DNA of 64,000 nucleotides from Octopus vulgaris (Eukaryota): NCBI GenBank assembly GCA_951406725.2, contig OX597815.1, positions 9,300,001 to 9,364,000 of the forward strand, read 5' to 3'. Shown piece by piece: positions 13,298 to 26,521 of this stretch (position 1 is its first letter; each line of letters starts with the position of its first letter). The notes under the pieces were generated by a model. It saw only the letters and a program-made list of their open reading frames with translations, ran no database searches and was not told where the DNA came from. The position numbers and the translations under genes were made by a program.

Positions 13298-13718
13298 AGG
13301 CGTAGGAGTGGCTGTGTGGTAAGTAGCTTGCTAACCAACCACATGGTTCCAGGTTCAGTCCCACTGCGTGGCATCTTGGGCAAGTGTCTTCTGCTATAGC
13401 CCCGGGCCGACCAATGCCTTGTGAGTGGATTTGGTAGACGGAAACTGAAAGAAGCCTGTCGTATATATCTATATATATATATATGTGTGTGTGTATATGT
13501 TTGTGTGTCTGTGTTTGTCCCCCTAGCATTGCTTGACAACCGATGCTGGCGTGTTTACGTCCCCGTCACTTAGCGGTTCGGCAAAAGAGACCGATAGAAT
13601 AAGTACTGGGCTTACAAAGAATAAGTCCCGGGGTCGATTTGCTCGACTAAAGGCGGTGCTCCAGCATGGCCGCAGTCAAATGACTGAAACAAGTAAAAGA
13701 GTAAAGAGTAAAGAGTAA
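13298..13718 (+). mobile_element. tRNA-derived SINE, family S3
   Basis: Head GGCGCAGGAGTGGCTGTGTGGTAAG, CORE-like ttgggcaagt, internal TA/TG tract, and (AGTAAA[AG])n tail. Confidence 0.85.
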
Positions 13719-13756
13719 ATATATATTTATTTTACTCTGTCTCTCAATAATTAAAT

Positions 13757-13946
13757 AGGCGCAGGAGTGGCTGTGTGGTAAGTAGCTTGCTAGCCAACCA
13801 CATGGTTCCGGGTTCAGTCCCACTGCGTGACATCTTGGGCAAGTGTCTTCTGCTAAAGCCCCGGGCCAACCAAAGCCTAGTGATTGGATTTGGGAGGCGG
13901 AAACTGAAAGAAGCCCGTCGTATATATATATATACATATATATATA
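13757..13946 (+). mobile_element. SINE S3 5' half, split by a Helitron insertion
   Basis: Ends in the internal TA tract. The 3' half resumes at about 15774. Confidence 0.8.
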
Positions 13947-14853
13947 TCTATATATATAAAACTCTAGTTGTGTGAGTGTCTGTCCCCTTCGATTTAGATT
14001 CCTAACTCCTCCCACATTTTGCGGTGCAGTTTAACCAAATTCGGGTATCTTATAGTCGTGATTCATATCGAGCCCTTCTGGGTATTAGCGCGCGTCTACG
14101 ATGAGTCTACGATTTTAAAAATAATTTAACATCATTTTTTATTCCATTTTAATGCATAATTTTTCGTGCGTCGATGGCGGTGGAGTTGGCGTCCACGCTC
14201 AAACACCTGCACCTGTGTTTGCTTCTCCCCTTCTTCTCTCCCTCGTGAAGCTGTGGGGAAGGGAGTTTAAGGAAATCAACGTCGTAAAGCGTTGTCAAGG
14301 AGACCAGCGTTCTTTTAGAACAACGACTTCATGGCTTGAAGACACCAAAACAGAAATGGCTAAGAAAGCCGAAAGCAAATTCTACAAAATCGGGAAACAC
14401 GCCACACAGGGAAGGTTTCCCGTGCAAAGAATTTGCACAACCGAATGTTATAGTTGTTGCACAACTTTTACTTAAAAAATATAATACAATAAACAACTTT
14501 TGAGGGCAATATTGTATGGCGATGGTACTTGTGAAATATGGTAATGGATTTAGTAGCCAAAAGGAGAGAGCAGAGGCATAGTATGGTGGTGGTGGAGGCG
14601 GTGGTAGTGGCAGCGGTGGTGGCGGTGGTGCTGGTAGTGGTGATGGTGGTCGTGGTCGTCGTGTTTGTGGTGGTGGTGGTGGTGGTGGTGGTGGTGGTGG
14701 TGGTGGTGGTGGTGGTGGTGGTCGTGGTGGTGGGGGTGGTGATGATGGTGGTGGTGGTGGTGGTGGTGGTGATGATGGTGGTGGTGGTCGTGGTGGTCTT
14801 CGTGATGGTGGTGGCGATGATGGTCGTCGTGTTTGTGGTGGTGGTGGTGGTGG

Positions 14854-14887
<34 letters not shown>

Positions 14888-15333
14888 AGTGGGGGTGGTG
14901 ATGATGGTAGTGGTGGTGGTGGTGGTGATGATGGTGGTGGTCGTGGTGGTCTTCGTGATGGTGGTGGTGGTGGTGGTAGTTGTGGTAGTGGTGGTGGTGG
15001 TGGTGGCTGAAGCTGTCGTCTGGCTTCTTCCAATTTCTTCGTGTGTCGGTGGCGGCGTTGGCGTTCATGCTCACACCTGCACCTGTGTAGCTCCTCCCCT
15101 TCTTCCCTCCCTCGTGAAGCTGTGGGGAAGGCAGGGTAGGGAAATCAACGTCGTAAAGCGTTGTCAAGGCGACCAGCGTTCTTTTAGAACACCGACTTCA
15201 TGGCTTGAAGTCGCCAAAATAGAAATGGCTAAAAAACCTGAAACAGATCCACAAAAACGGCAATTAGCGCCACACAGGGCAGGTTTCATGTGCAAACAAT
15301 TTACACAACCGAATGTTTTAGTTGTTGCACAAA
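13947..15333 (+). mobile_element. Long Helitron H1 derivative carrying a (GGT)n-rich block and a duplicated internal segment
   Basis: TC start with the H1 5' end. Internal duplication 14160-14462 vs 15036-15331. GGT-rich from 14580 to 15005. Confidence 0.7.
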
Positions 15334-15715
15334 TCTTTATATATAAAAGTGAACTTGTGTGTCTGTCTCCTACGATTTAGATTCCTAACTACTCCCACAT
15401 TTTGCGGTGCAGTTTAACCAAAACCGGGTATTTTATAGTCGTGATTCATATCGAGCCCTTCTGGGTATTAGCGCGCGTCTACGATGAGTCTACGATTTAA
15501 AAAAAAATTTACCATCATTTTTTCCATTTTAATGCATTTTTTCGCTACTATATAAGGGAAGTAACTCTCTAAAAATGTCTACGATGAGTCAACGATTAAA
15601 AAAAAAAATTACCATAATTTTTTATTCCATTTTTAATGCACTTTTTGCTATAACTCTCTAAAAATGCTTATATAGTTATTTCCCTTACAAACCCGAGCAA
15701 CGCCGGGCGATACTG

Positions 15716-15719
<4 letters not shown>
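15334..15719 (+). mobile_element. Helitron H1
   Basis: TC start, hairpin, and CTAT (for CTAG) end. Confidence 0.85.
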
Positions 15720-15773
<54 letters not shown>

Positions 15774-15785
<12 letters not shown>

Positions 15786-16000
15786 ATATATGTTTGTGTG
15801 TCTGTGTTTGTCCCTCTAGCATTGCTTGACAACCGATACTGGTGTGTTTACCGTAACTTAGCGGTTCGGCAAAAAGAGACCAATAGAATAAGTACTGGGC
15901 TTACAAAGAATAAGTCCCGGGGTCGATTTGCTCGACTAAAGGCGGTGCTCCAGCATGGCCGCAGACAAATGACTGAAACAAGTAAAAGAGTAAAAGAGAG
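15774..16000 (+). mobile_element. SINE S3 3' half
   Basis: Continues 13757-13946. Confidence 0.8.
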
Positions 16001-16155
16001 AGAGAAAGAGTTACATACTTATGTATATCTGTTATGTATATCTGTTAAGACTTTAGCTAAACATTTCTTAATTTTAGACATGTTCAGCTTGACTAAATGA
16101 ATATATTCTAGAAACAGACGAGGGTTGTTGGATATATCAGTAATGAACACTCGGT

Positions 16156-16534
16156 GGAGGCGCAATGGCCCAGTGGTTAGGGCAGCGGACTCGCGGTCGT
16201 AGGATCGCCGTTTCGATTCCCAGACCGGGCGTTGTGAGTGTTTATTGAGCGAAAACACCTAAAGCTCCACGAGGCTCCGGCAGGGGATGGTGGTGATCCC
16301 TGCTGTACTCTTTCACCACAACTTTCTCTCACTCTTTCTTCCTGTTTCTGTTGTACCTGTATTTCAAAGGGCCGGCCTTGTCACTCTCTGTGTCACGCTG
16401 AATATCCCCAAGAACTACGTTAAGAGTGCACGTGTCTGTGGAGTGCTCAGCCACTTACACGTTAATTTCACGAGCAGGCTGTTCCGTTGATTCGGATCAA
16501 CCGGAACCCTCGTCGTAACCGACGGAGTGCTTCC
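16156..16534 (+). mobile_element. SINE S1
   Basis: TSD aatgaacactcg. Confidence 0.88.
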
Positions 16535-17152
16535 AAATGAACACTCGATATATTCTATTCAAATGTGTCCGTTCTATACTCGACTGCTTTGCAATTATAT
16601 TAAAAAGAGACCGTCAATAAGTTATCTGCTAAGTGACGGGCGATAATTTAAATGTTACGTCCCTTGAATGAGTTGACAGAAGTTACTTCCCTTGTAACTG
16701 AACTCTGTGATTGCATCTTTTCTCAAGATGCGATTTATTTATTTATCGTTCGCCTTCCCTTGTCTGAATCACAAAAGGTCTAGAGTCTAGAGGATGTCAT
16801 CTTCAGTCGCGCAGAATGAAAAGAAGCAGAATGGAAGTAGATGATTTTTTTCAATCACCTACTTTATCTGCTTTTTCAACTGGCGCGGATTCACGCATGT
16901 GCGCACGCACTCACGTGGACGCACTTTAAGAAAAGAGTACGCATGCATTTGTCTGTGCGTATGTGTGTGTGTGTGTGTGAGTGTGTGTATGTGTTTGTGC
17001 GTGTGCGTGCGTGTGTATGTATGTGTATATATAGTATATCTACATATATAATAATATAAATAATACATGTATATGTTTTATGTATATATTTATATATATA
17101 TGCATTGTTTTCCACCTGCCTTCGTCTTTTGTTTATTTTCATAAAGCTTCCC

Positions 17153-17640
<488 letters not shown>

Positions 17641-18456
17641 GCACATTCAAAAATGAGGGTGAAAAAATTAGATATTAATTTAATAATACCCTTATTTTAA
17701 CACCAAGCGACCTACCACAATAAACCAGGGAGACAATACATATTTATCCGTAAATATAAGAGAGTTAACGTTAAAAAGGTTGACTCTAGTGCTAGAAATA
17801 GCTCCTCCGGTATAATCGCCGACGATACCTCCACATAGAAATAGCACTACCCTCAACGTAAGGAAAGTGAAATACAACTAAAAAGTGGATTAATGTTGTA
17901 CAATTGTTTCTTTATCGACATAATACGCAAATTATACTCACATATTTGTCTATAAATCATCAGCAACATTTGTCACCGATGCAATTTATCAGACCCACAC
18001 GGGCGACGATTACCCATGTGGTCTGATCGATTACATTCAGGGTTGTAGTTACAAATTCCCCGCCGAAAGCAAATGCTAAGACTTAGTGGAATCTCCTAGC
18101 TTCGGACGAAAGAAAATCCATTTTGTTAAACACATTTCTTTTAATAAAGCATGTTTATTTTTACCCACGTTGAGTTATTTATTCTAACTGGTCTGACTAT
18201 GATCCTATGAACAGGATCATAGCACTTATATACACCTTTTATACTGCATATATGGTGAAAAGCTGCTTGAATCGTTAGTATAGCAGATAAAATGTGTGGA
18301 AGCATTTCTTTCGGCTCTTTCATTCTGAGTTCAAATCCCACCGACATCAACTTTGCCTTTCATCCCTTCGGGGCTGATAAAATAAAGAACGATTATACCG
18401 GAGGAGCTATTTCTAGCACTAGAGTTAACCTTTTTAACGTTAGCTCTCTTATATTT

Positions 18457-18511
<55 letters not shown>

Positions 18512-18653
18512 ATATAGAGGGCATTATACATACATGCCAGAGGGCATTATACATACATGCCACACGCTAAGAGGGACAATTAGTCATTTCTACCAAAAAT
18601 ATTACTAATCCCATCGAATGCAATTTTTCAAAGTAAGACATTTAAAAAATATA

Positions 18654-18700
18654 CACCTGTATCACAGTGATTTCATACTTACGTATTCATCAGCAGGCCT
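18654..18700 (-). ncRNA. Type I hammerhead ribozyme (inverted copy)
   Basis: Reverse complement reads gcctg CTGATGA ATAC gtaa GTAT GAAA TCAC t GTGA TA caggt. Confidence 0.8.
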
Positions 18701-18927
18701 GAATGTATCATACATAAACGACCCTGCCCCGCTTAAGTCGATCAGCTAACTGATCAACATCAACGAAGCACATGGGTGAGTTTACATATATTACATCCTG
18801 TAAATGGCATACTTTTACGAATTGCATTTACAGGATGTAATATATGTAAACTCACCCATGTGCTTCGTTGATATTGATCAGTTAGCTGATCGACTTAAAG
18901 GGCAGGTCATTTATGTATGATACATTC

Positions 18928-18975
18928 AGGCCTGCTGATGAATACGTAAGTATGAAATCACTGTGATACAGGTCT
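18928..18975 (+). ncRNA. Type I hammerhead ribozyme, predicted cleavage after A18968 (AUA)
   Basis: Stem I aggcctg/caggtct, CTGATGA at 18935-18941, stem II ATAC/GTAT with a GTAA loop, GAAA, near-palindromic stem III ATCAC-T-GTGAT. Confidence 0.85.
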
Positions 18976-19403
18976 ATATTTTTTAAATGTCTTACTTTGA
19001 AAAATTGCATTCGATGGGATTAGTAATATTTTTGGTAGAAATGACTAATTGTCCCTCTTAGCGTGTGGCATGTATGTATAATGCCCTCTGGCATGTATGT
19101 ATAATGCCCTCTATATATAAATTAATATGTTCAATAAGAAATAATTATTTTCGAAATTTATTCTCTTATGAGGTTTTCACGCTATCTACCTGACAATTTC
19201 TTGTTAAGTTTTCCTTATTAAGTAGTTGTCCTTAATTGCTAAATTTTTATTCCGAAAAAACTTTTCCTTTCCCGAAATGCAATTCGTAAAAGTATGCCAT
19301 TTACAGGATGTAATATATGTAAACTCACCCATGTGCTTCGTTGATGTTGATCAGTTAGCTGATCGACTTAAGCGGGGCAGGGTCGTTTATGTATGATACA
19401 TTC

Positions 19404-19451
19404 AGGCCTGCTGATGAATACGTAAGTATGAAATCACTGTGATACAGGTGT
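19404..19451 (+). ncRNA. Type I hammerhead ribozyme, predicted cleavage after A19444
   Basis: Same core. CTGATGA at 19411-19417, 476 nt after the previous copy. Confidence 0.85.
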
Positions 19452-19714
19452 ATATTTTTTAAATGTCTTACTTTGAAAAATTGCATTCGATGGGATTAGT
19501 AATATTTTTGGTAGAAATGACTAATTGTCCCTCTTAGCGTGTGGCATGTATGTATAATGCCCTCTGGCATATATGTATAATGCCCTCTATATATAAATTA
19601 ATATGTTCAATAAGAAATAATTATTTTCGAAATTTATTCTCTTATGAGGTTTTCACGCTATCTACCTGACAATTTCTTGTTAAGTTTTCCTTATTAAGTA
19701 GTTGTCCTTAATTG

Positions 19715-19790
<76 letters not shown>

Positions 19791-20412
19791 CTTTACTACC
19801 CTCAAGGGGCTAAACACAGACACAGAGGGGACAAACAAGGACAGACAAACGGATTAAGTCAATTACATCGCCCCCAGTGCGTAACTGATACTTAATTAAT
19901 CGACCCATATATAAACGTATCAGATGCTCATGTGAATATTTCAAAGAAATATTCACTTATATATATTTTTTTCGCTTACTAGGTTTCCCATGGCGTACAA
20001 ATGACTGAGATTGCAACACTCCTGTATGTGATATCGGTCTATTGGATGGTCTATAGCCGACAATTTTTGAAATGAGGAGACAAGTCAGTTACATAGAGGC
20101 CTGTATCTGACTGGTTCTTTATTTTATCAGCTCCGAAGGGATGAAAGGCAAAGTTGATGTCGGTGGGATTTGAACTCAGAATGAAAGAGCCGAAAGAAAT
20201 GCTTCCAGACATTTTATCTGCTATGCTAACGATTCGACCAGCTCTCAACCTTATATGCAGTATAAAAGGTGTATATAAGTGCTATGATCCTGTTCATAAG
20301 ATCCTAGTCAAACCAGTTAGAATAAATAAACTCAATGTGGGTAAAAATAAATATGCTTTATTAAAAGAAATGTGTTTAACAAAATGGATTTTCTTTCGTC
20401 CGAAGCTAGCTG

Positions 20413-20830
20413 ACGAGGTCGACTTTGCCTTTCATCCTTTCGGGGTCGATAAATTAAGTACCAGTTACGCACTGGGGTCGATGTAATCGACTTAATCCGT
20501 TTGTCTGTCCTTGTTTGTCCCCTCTATGTTTAGCCCCTTGTGGGTAGTAAAGTAACAGATAAGTTGAGAGGAAGAAAGAGAAGCTGTCATTTATAAGGCG
20601 CCGAGCTGGCAGAAACGTTAGCGCGCCGGGCGAAATGCGTAGCCATATTTCGTCTGCCGTTACGTCCCGAGTTCAAATTCCGCCGAGGTCGACTTTGCCT
20701 TTCATCCTTTCGAGGTCGATTAAATTAAGTACCAGTTGCGCACTGGGGTCGATGTAATCGACTTAATCCGTTTGTCTGTTCTTGTTTGTCCCCTCTATGT
20801 TTAGCCCCTTGTGGGTAATAAAGAAATAGG
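20413..20830 (+). mobile_element. SINE S2 (a partial copy plus a full copy)
   Basis: S2 core and tail twice. Confidence 0.8.
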
Positions 20831-21539
20831 TATTCTTGTAGTCTGTAGGGGGTTGAGGATTAAAGAATAGCGAGGTTTAATGCCTTATAAAGAGAGAAAA
20901 ATAGATAAAACATATAGACCAGGGGTCATCAAACCTTTTTCACATCGGACCAGATAACTGAGAGAATGGCAAGCGCGAGTCGCATTACCATTTTGTTCAA
21001 TCCAATACAGTGAATACACAAACCAATCAAAAAAGTAAGGCATTGGAGTGGCGATGCATACCCTGCGCGTAGATAATTTCTTTCACAAATTATAGTGTGG
21101 CTTACAATGCGTTGCTTACCCATGCTTTTTAATTGAATTGAATTAAGCTTTGTAAGTGTTTGACTAAAAGAGGATTAGAAGCCTAAGTAGATGACAGCTA
21201 AAAGTAAACTTGATCGATGTCTACGCTAGATGCATCTGAATAAAATTTGCAAATGACTAAAATAATCATGATTAAGAAAAAGAAAGTGAACAAAATGAAA
21301 TACTTATAGAAAATATTGCATAAAATTTGAGAAGTGTTTTCAACGTCTTTCAATGATGACAGGTGAATCATTGGATACAAATAATATGACCGCTTGCTTA
21401 TCGGGAAATTTGTAAGCTCGATTAAAAAGGAAAACAAATTATCAACTTCTTTTTTAAGTATCACCATTATAGGTATTTATACTCCGGTGAAATTAAAAAA
21501 TTAACTCATAAATAATCGAAACCCTCGAATCCGTCACTG

Positions 21540-21572
<33 letters not shown>

Positions 21573-21676
21573 ACACACATACACAGACACACACACAGAG
21601 ACACACACACACACACACACACAAAGTCGCATATATATGTATGTATGTATGTATGCATGTACCCACACGTGTCTAC

Positions 21677-21711
<35 letters not shown>

Positions 21712-21721
21712 CATACATATA

Positions 21722-21773
<52 letters not shown>

Positions 21774-21779
21774 GTGTAC

Positions 21780-22037
21780 TGTTCCGTGGTGCTGTGAACA
21801 TACCAAAACGATGCATACCCTGCGTGCACATAAATTCTTTCGCAAAAAATCTGCACAGTCAAAACATTTTGATTCACTCTCCGCCTGTTTTGAAGATAAT
21901 CAAGTCAAACTTTCATCACATTGAATATTTCCGCCAAATTTATTGGAAACCTGTTCAGCCGTTTTCCGGTAATTTTGCAAACACACAGACGAGTAATTAC
22001 AATACCCTGCTTTCGCTTACGCGAGCAGGGTAATAAA
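21780..22037 (+). mobile_element. Helentron-associated (HINE/DINE-like) element end
   Basis: Terminal hairpin CCCTGCT-ttcgcttacgcg-AGCAGGG followed by TAATAA. Upstream ttcagccgttt...acacacagac motif. Confidence 0.5.
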
Positions 22038-23258
22038 GACAACCAACATATGTATTTACCAAAAAGTTGTCAAAGAAGGCGGCGTTAGCAATATGATAGT
22101 TATATCACACCCAGTGCACACATATTCAAATCTCACAAACTAGGTAGCAAAAATGGTTGGTGAGATTTGTGAATCTGGTGTTTAGCTTTTAAGATATCAT
22201 CAATATTTGCTTTGGAATTGCTTCATCCAACCAAGAGGATTGCTTTCAAATGTTCATCAGTCAACCTCGCTCGATGTGCTGACTTGTCATGCTTCATTTT
22301 TGAAAATGTTTGCTCACAGACATAAGTTGTTCCAAGCACTGATGCCATACCAGAGGCAAATTTCTTCAACTTTAGAAACTCATCATCAGGTAAGCAACGA
22401 TAAAATTCTGCAAGTCTTCCTTCTCTGTGCTTCTCTTTCAACAAGTCATTTGCTTACAAATCAATGAGCACCAACTGTAGTCATACTGGCATGTCGTCAA
22501 GCTTACACTCAAACAGATTCTAGCCAGAACAGAAGACTGTCACTTTCAATTCTGTCGAGATCTGAAAATCTCTCCAAAAACTGCTTATTTAAGTCGGGAA
22601 ACTCGAGGTAGCCATCTTCTGCAATTCCAGCATGAATGTCTTTGAAACACTGAAAATGAGGGAAGTTTCCTCCTTCCAGTAGTGCTTCAAACAATGATAG
22701 TTTTCTCCGAAATCCTTTGATGATTCTGTAGAGATCACAGATAAGGTTATCTTTTCCCTGAAGTTTCAAGTCCAATTCATTCAAGTTGGATGTGATGTCA
22801 ACCAAAAACGACAACTTTGACAGCCGGGCAGGGTTTGACAGAAATGGACCAGCTCTATCCTTTTCGGTGAGAAAAATATCTATTTCTCTTCGGAGCTTAC
22901 AAAAAAAAAAAAAGAAACAGGACTTTACTGCAGCTCAGCCATCTCACTGCTGTGTGATAAGGCAAGTCACTGAATTTAGAATCAATTTCTTCAAGCGCCT
23001 AGAATGGCGGTGATTAAATGCATGACTCTGAATGAAGTTCACCACAGAAACGATTGGTTTCAGTATGCAAGAAATGTCTAAGTCTTTCCCACAGAGTGCT
23101 TGCTGATGTATAACGCAGTGTATAAACAGAGCTCCTGGGAATTGAAGATCTTCCAACTTAGTCCTGATCTGTCCCACCAGACCCTTCCTCACTCCAGCCA
23201 TGTTTTTTTTCCTCCATCAACTGTAACACGTCGAAGCTGATTCCACTGAAGGTTATAT

Positions 23259-23674
23259 ATTTCTTTATTGCCCACAAGGGGCTAAACAGAGAGGGGACAA
23301 AGAAGGACAGACAAATGGATTAAGTCGATTACATCGACCGCAGTGCGTAACTGGTACTTTATTTATCGACCTCGAAAGAATGAAAGGCAAAGTCGACCTT
23401 GGCGGAATTTGAACTCAGAACGTAGCAGCAGACGAAATATCTATTTCTTTATTACCCACAAGGGGCTAAACACAGAGGGGATAAAGACGGACAGACAAAG
23501 GGATTAAGTCGATTACATCGACCCCAGTGTGTAACTGGTACTTTATTTATCGACCCCGAAAGGATGAAAGGCAAAGTCGACCTCGGCGGAATTTGAACTC
23601 AGGACATAACGGCGGAGGAAATACCACAAAGCCCTTCGCCCGGCGTGCTAGCGTTTCTGCCAGATCGCCGCCTT
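23259..23674 (-). mobile_element. SINE S2 dimer inserted in the hAT transposase
   Basis: 18-bp TSD attccactgaaggttata at 23240-23257 and 23678-23695. Confidence 0.88.
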
Positions 23675-24199
23675 AATATTCCACTGAAGGTTATAGCCTT
23701 GGATAGTTTTGTGCACTTCTATGAAAATGTCTTCTCCAGTTGTTCCGTGCATGCTGCAAATGGATGTCAACTGTTCTGTAATTCGAAAGCCCAAATTAAC
23801 ACCACAAAGGAACACGAATGAGTTGTGACGTACTCGAGAGATCAGTAGACTTATCCAGCGTCAGAGAATACCACAAGAAGTTCCTAGCCTTCCTGCATAT
23901 CTGTAACACTAGGTTCTCTCCAAATTCTTCTGTTCTCCGCACAACTGAACTTGCCGAGAGGTTGATAGCTCCAAACAAATCGACTTTCTCAGGACCAGGA
24001 CACAAATCCTTTGCTCCTTCCATCGTACGCTCTTTGGTGAAGTTGCCGTAAATAAACGGTTTTCCTCGCTCTGCTCTCTTAGGCACTACATTGTAACTTG
24101 TACGAGTGACAGATTCATTTTCAACAAGCATTCTCCAAGAGAAATGTCTAAACATGGTAATGCAAGTTCAAAGACGAACGCTGCAGGAATTAACTCCCA

Positions 24200-24486
24200 A
24201 TGCAGAGGAGGAGGAGGAGGAGGAGATAGCAGTGATCGTGTTGGCGTTGGCGTTGGTGTTAGAAGATGTGGGGAAGTAGGTAGTGATGGTGACATCGGTG
24301 GTGGCAATAATCACAAGATGGCGATAATGGATGGAGCTGGGGACTCTAGGGAGTGGTGGCGGTGATGGTGATGATTATAATGATGATGTAATGGTGGTGG
24401 TGATTAGGTGGAGGTAGAGATGAAGGAAAGGATGATGATGATGATGAGGAGGAGGGGGATCATCATCATTATCATTATCATCATCG

Positions 24487-24530
<44 letters not shown>

Positions 24531-24531
24531 G

Positions 24532-24590
<59 letters not shown>

Positions 24591-24618
24591 GCCATCACCA
24601 TCACCATCACCATCATCG

Positions 24619-24649
<31 letters not shown>

Positions 24650-25160
24650 TGTAATTGTGGTGGAGGTCTCTATGGTATTGTGAAGATGATGACGACGATA
24701 ACGACGACGACAACATCGACTAAACGATGACAATGATGATAATGATGATGATGATGTTAAGAATGAGAGTGTGGGGGGTGACGGTACCGACGGTGATGGG
24801 GAAAGTCTGCGGGGGTCATGTGCTGTGACATTCTGCGGATGTAATGACGTATTTATAGTTTTTAGCTCTTTGTGGTGGGTGGTGGTCGGGTGGTTGGTGG
24901 GTGATTGGTGGTTGGTGGGTGGGTGGTGGGTGGGTGGTGGGTGGGTGGGTGGTGGGTGATTGGTGGTTGGTGGGTGGTGGGTGGTTTGTGGTTGGTGGGT
25001 GGTGGGTGGTGGGTGGTGGGTGGTGGGTAGTGGGTGGTGGGTGGGTGGTGGTCGGGTGGTGGGTGGGCGAGTGAGAGATGCGGTATTGGTAATGAGGATG
25101 GCGGCGATGGAGATATATCAAGGATGAAGATATGATGATAATACCGGTGATGCTGGGGTT
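24200..25160. repeat. Low-complexity (GGA)/(ATC)n/(GGT-GGGT)n tract
   Basis: Direct inspection. Confidence 0.9.
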
Positions 25161-25255
25161 GTTTGGGATTTAAAAGTTCGACTCATTCGCCATTAGTGAC
25201 AAATTTGAAAACACCAAAACCAGAATATATTTACAGATACATTTATACATACATA

Positions 25256-25470
25256 TACTCTTTACTCTCTCTTTTTTTACTCTTTTACTTGTTTCAGTCA
25301 TTTGACTGCGGCCATGCTGGAGCACCGCCTTTAATCGAGCAACTCGACCCCGGGACTTATTCTATCGGTCTCTTTTTGCCGAACCGCTAAGTGACGGGGA
25401 CGTAAACACACCAGCATCGGTTGTCAAGCAATGCTAGAGGAACAAACACAGACACACAAACACACTCACA

Positions 25471-25517
<47 letters not shown>

Positions 25518-25693
25518 ATACATATATACGACGGGCTTCTTTTCAGTTTCCGTCTACCAAATCCACTCACAAGGCATTGGTCGGCCCGAAGCTATAGTAG
25601 AAGACACTTGCCCAAGATGCCACGCAGTGGGACTGAACCCGGAACCATGTGGTTGGTAAACAAGCTACTTACCACACAGCCACTCCTGCGCCT
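25256..25693 (-). mobile_element. SINE S3
   Basis: Full reverse copy. Confidence 0.85.
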
Positions 25694-26137
25694 ATATATA
25701 CACAGAAGTATATGCAAGCATATAACTGTTACATATATGCTTACGAGTACGTTGACTACGGGCTTTCTCAACCTACATTTACTGTACCTATCAATCTATG
25801 CATTTATCTAACCATTTACCAGAATATTTATCTATACAACTATTTATTAATCCAGCTAATTGCCCAGTCATCTGTCATCTGACTCTTAATCCACCTGTCA
25901 CTTTATCATTTAGCCCATTTGTTCGTCTTTCTATCAATCGGACCATTAATTTATTTATATTTATACCTATCAGACAAGCTGCCTATGCAAATACCTAACT
26001 ATTTATCTATCTGCGAAACTACATATCCATCAGTCTATCTATCCGTCCATCTACCGGCCAGCCTATCAAACTGCCTAGTAATCCCTCCAGCTGCTGAGCT
26101 CCCTATCCATCTTGTAGTGGATGTGTGTAGAGGAAGA

Positions 26138-26521
26138 GGAAGCACTCCGTCGGTTACGACGACGAGGGTTCCGGTTGAACCGGATCAACGGAACAGCCTG
26201 CTCGTGAAATTAACGTGTAAGTGGCTGAGCACTCCACAGACACGTGCACCCTTAACGTAGTTCTCGGGGATATTCAGCGTGACACAGAGAGTGACAAGGC
26301 CGGCCCTTTGAAATACAGGTACAACAGAAACAGGAAGTAAGAGTGAGAGAAAGGTTGTGGTGAAAGAGTACAGCAGGGATCACCACCATCCCCTGCCGGA
26401 GCCTCGTGGAGCTTTTAGGTGTTTTCGCTCAATAAGCACTCACAACGCCCGGTCTGGGAATCAAAACCGCGATCCTATGACCGCGAGTCCGCTGCCCTAA
26501 CCACTGGGCCATTGTGCCTCC
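26138..26521 (-). mobile_element. SINE S1
   Basis: TSD-like gtggatgtgtgt. Confidence 0.88.

Larger units (their letters stand above)
18504..19717 (+). mobile_element. Hammerhead-bearing retrozyme/Penelope-like element: tandem 476-nt units plus an inverted partial copy
   Basis: Palindrome 18504-19124 and direct repeat with period 476. Flanked by (TA)n on both sides. Each copy has a hammerhead. Confidence 0.75.
20920..24180 (-). mobile_element. Decayed hAT transposon (Charlie/SPIN/GTF2IRD2-like), interrupted by insertions
   Basis: TIR-like CAGGGGTCATCAAAC at 20920. Fragmented ORFs include IHCVIHQQALC, LKLQGKD and GTTYVCEQTFSKMK...RLTDEHL (hAT dimerisation region). Confidence 0.85.

Noticed and set aside
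14329-15380. Poly-Pro / poly-Val ORFs resembling extensin or formin
   Set aside because: They come from a GGT-rich repeat inside a Helitron, with no splice or domain support.
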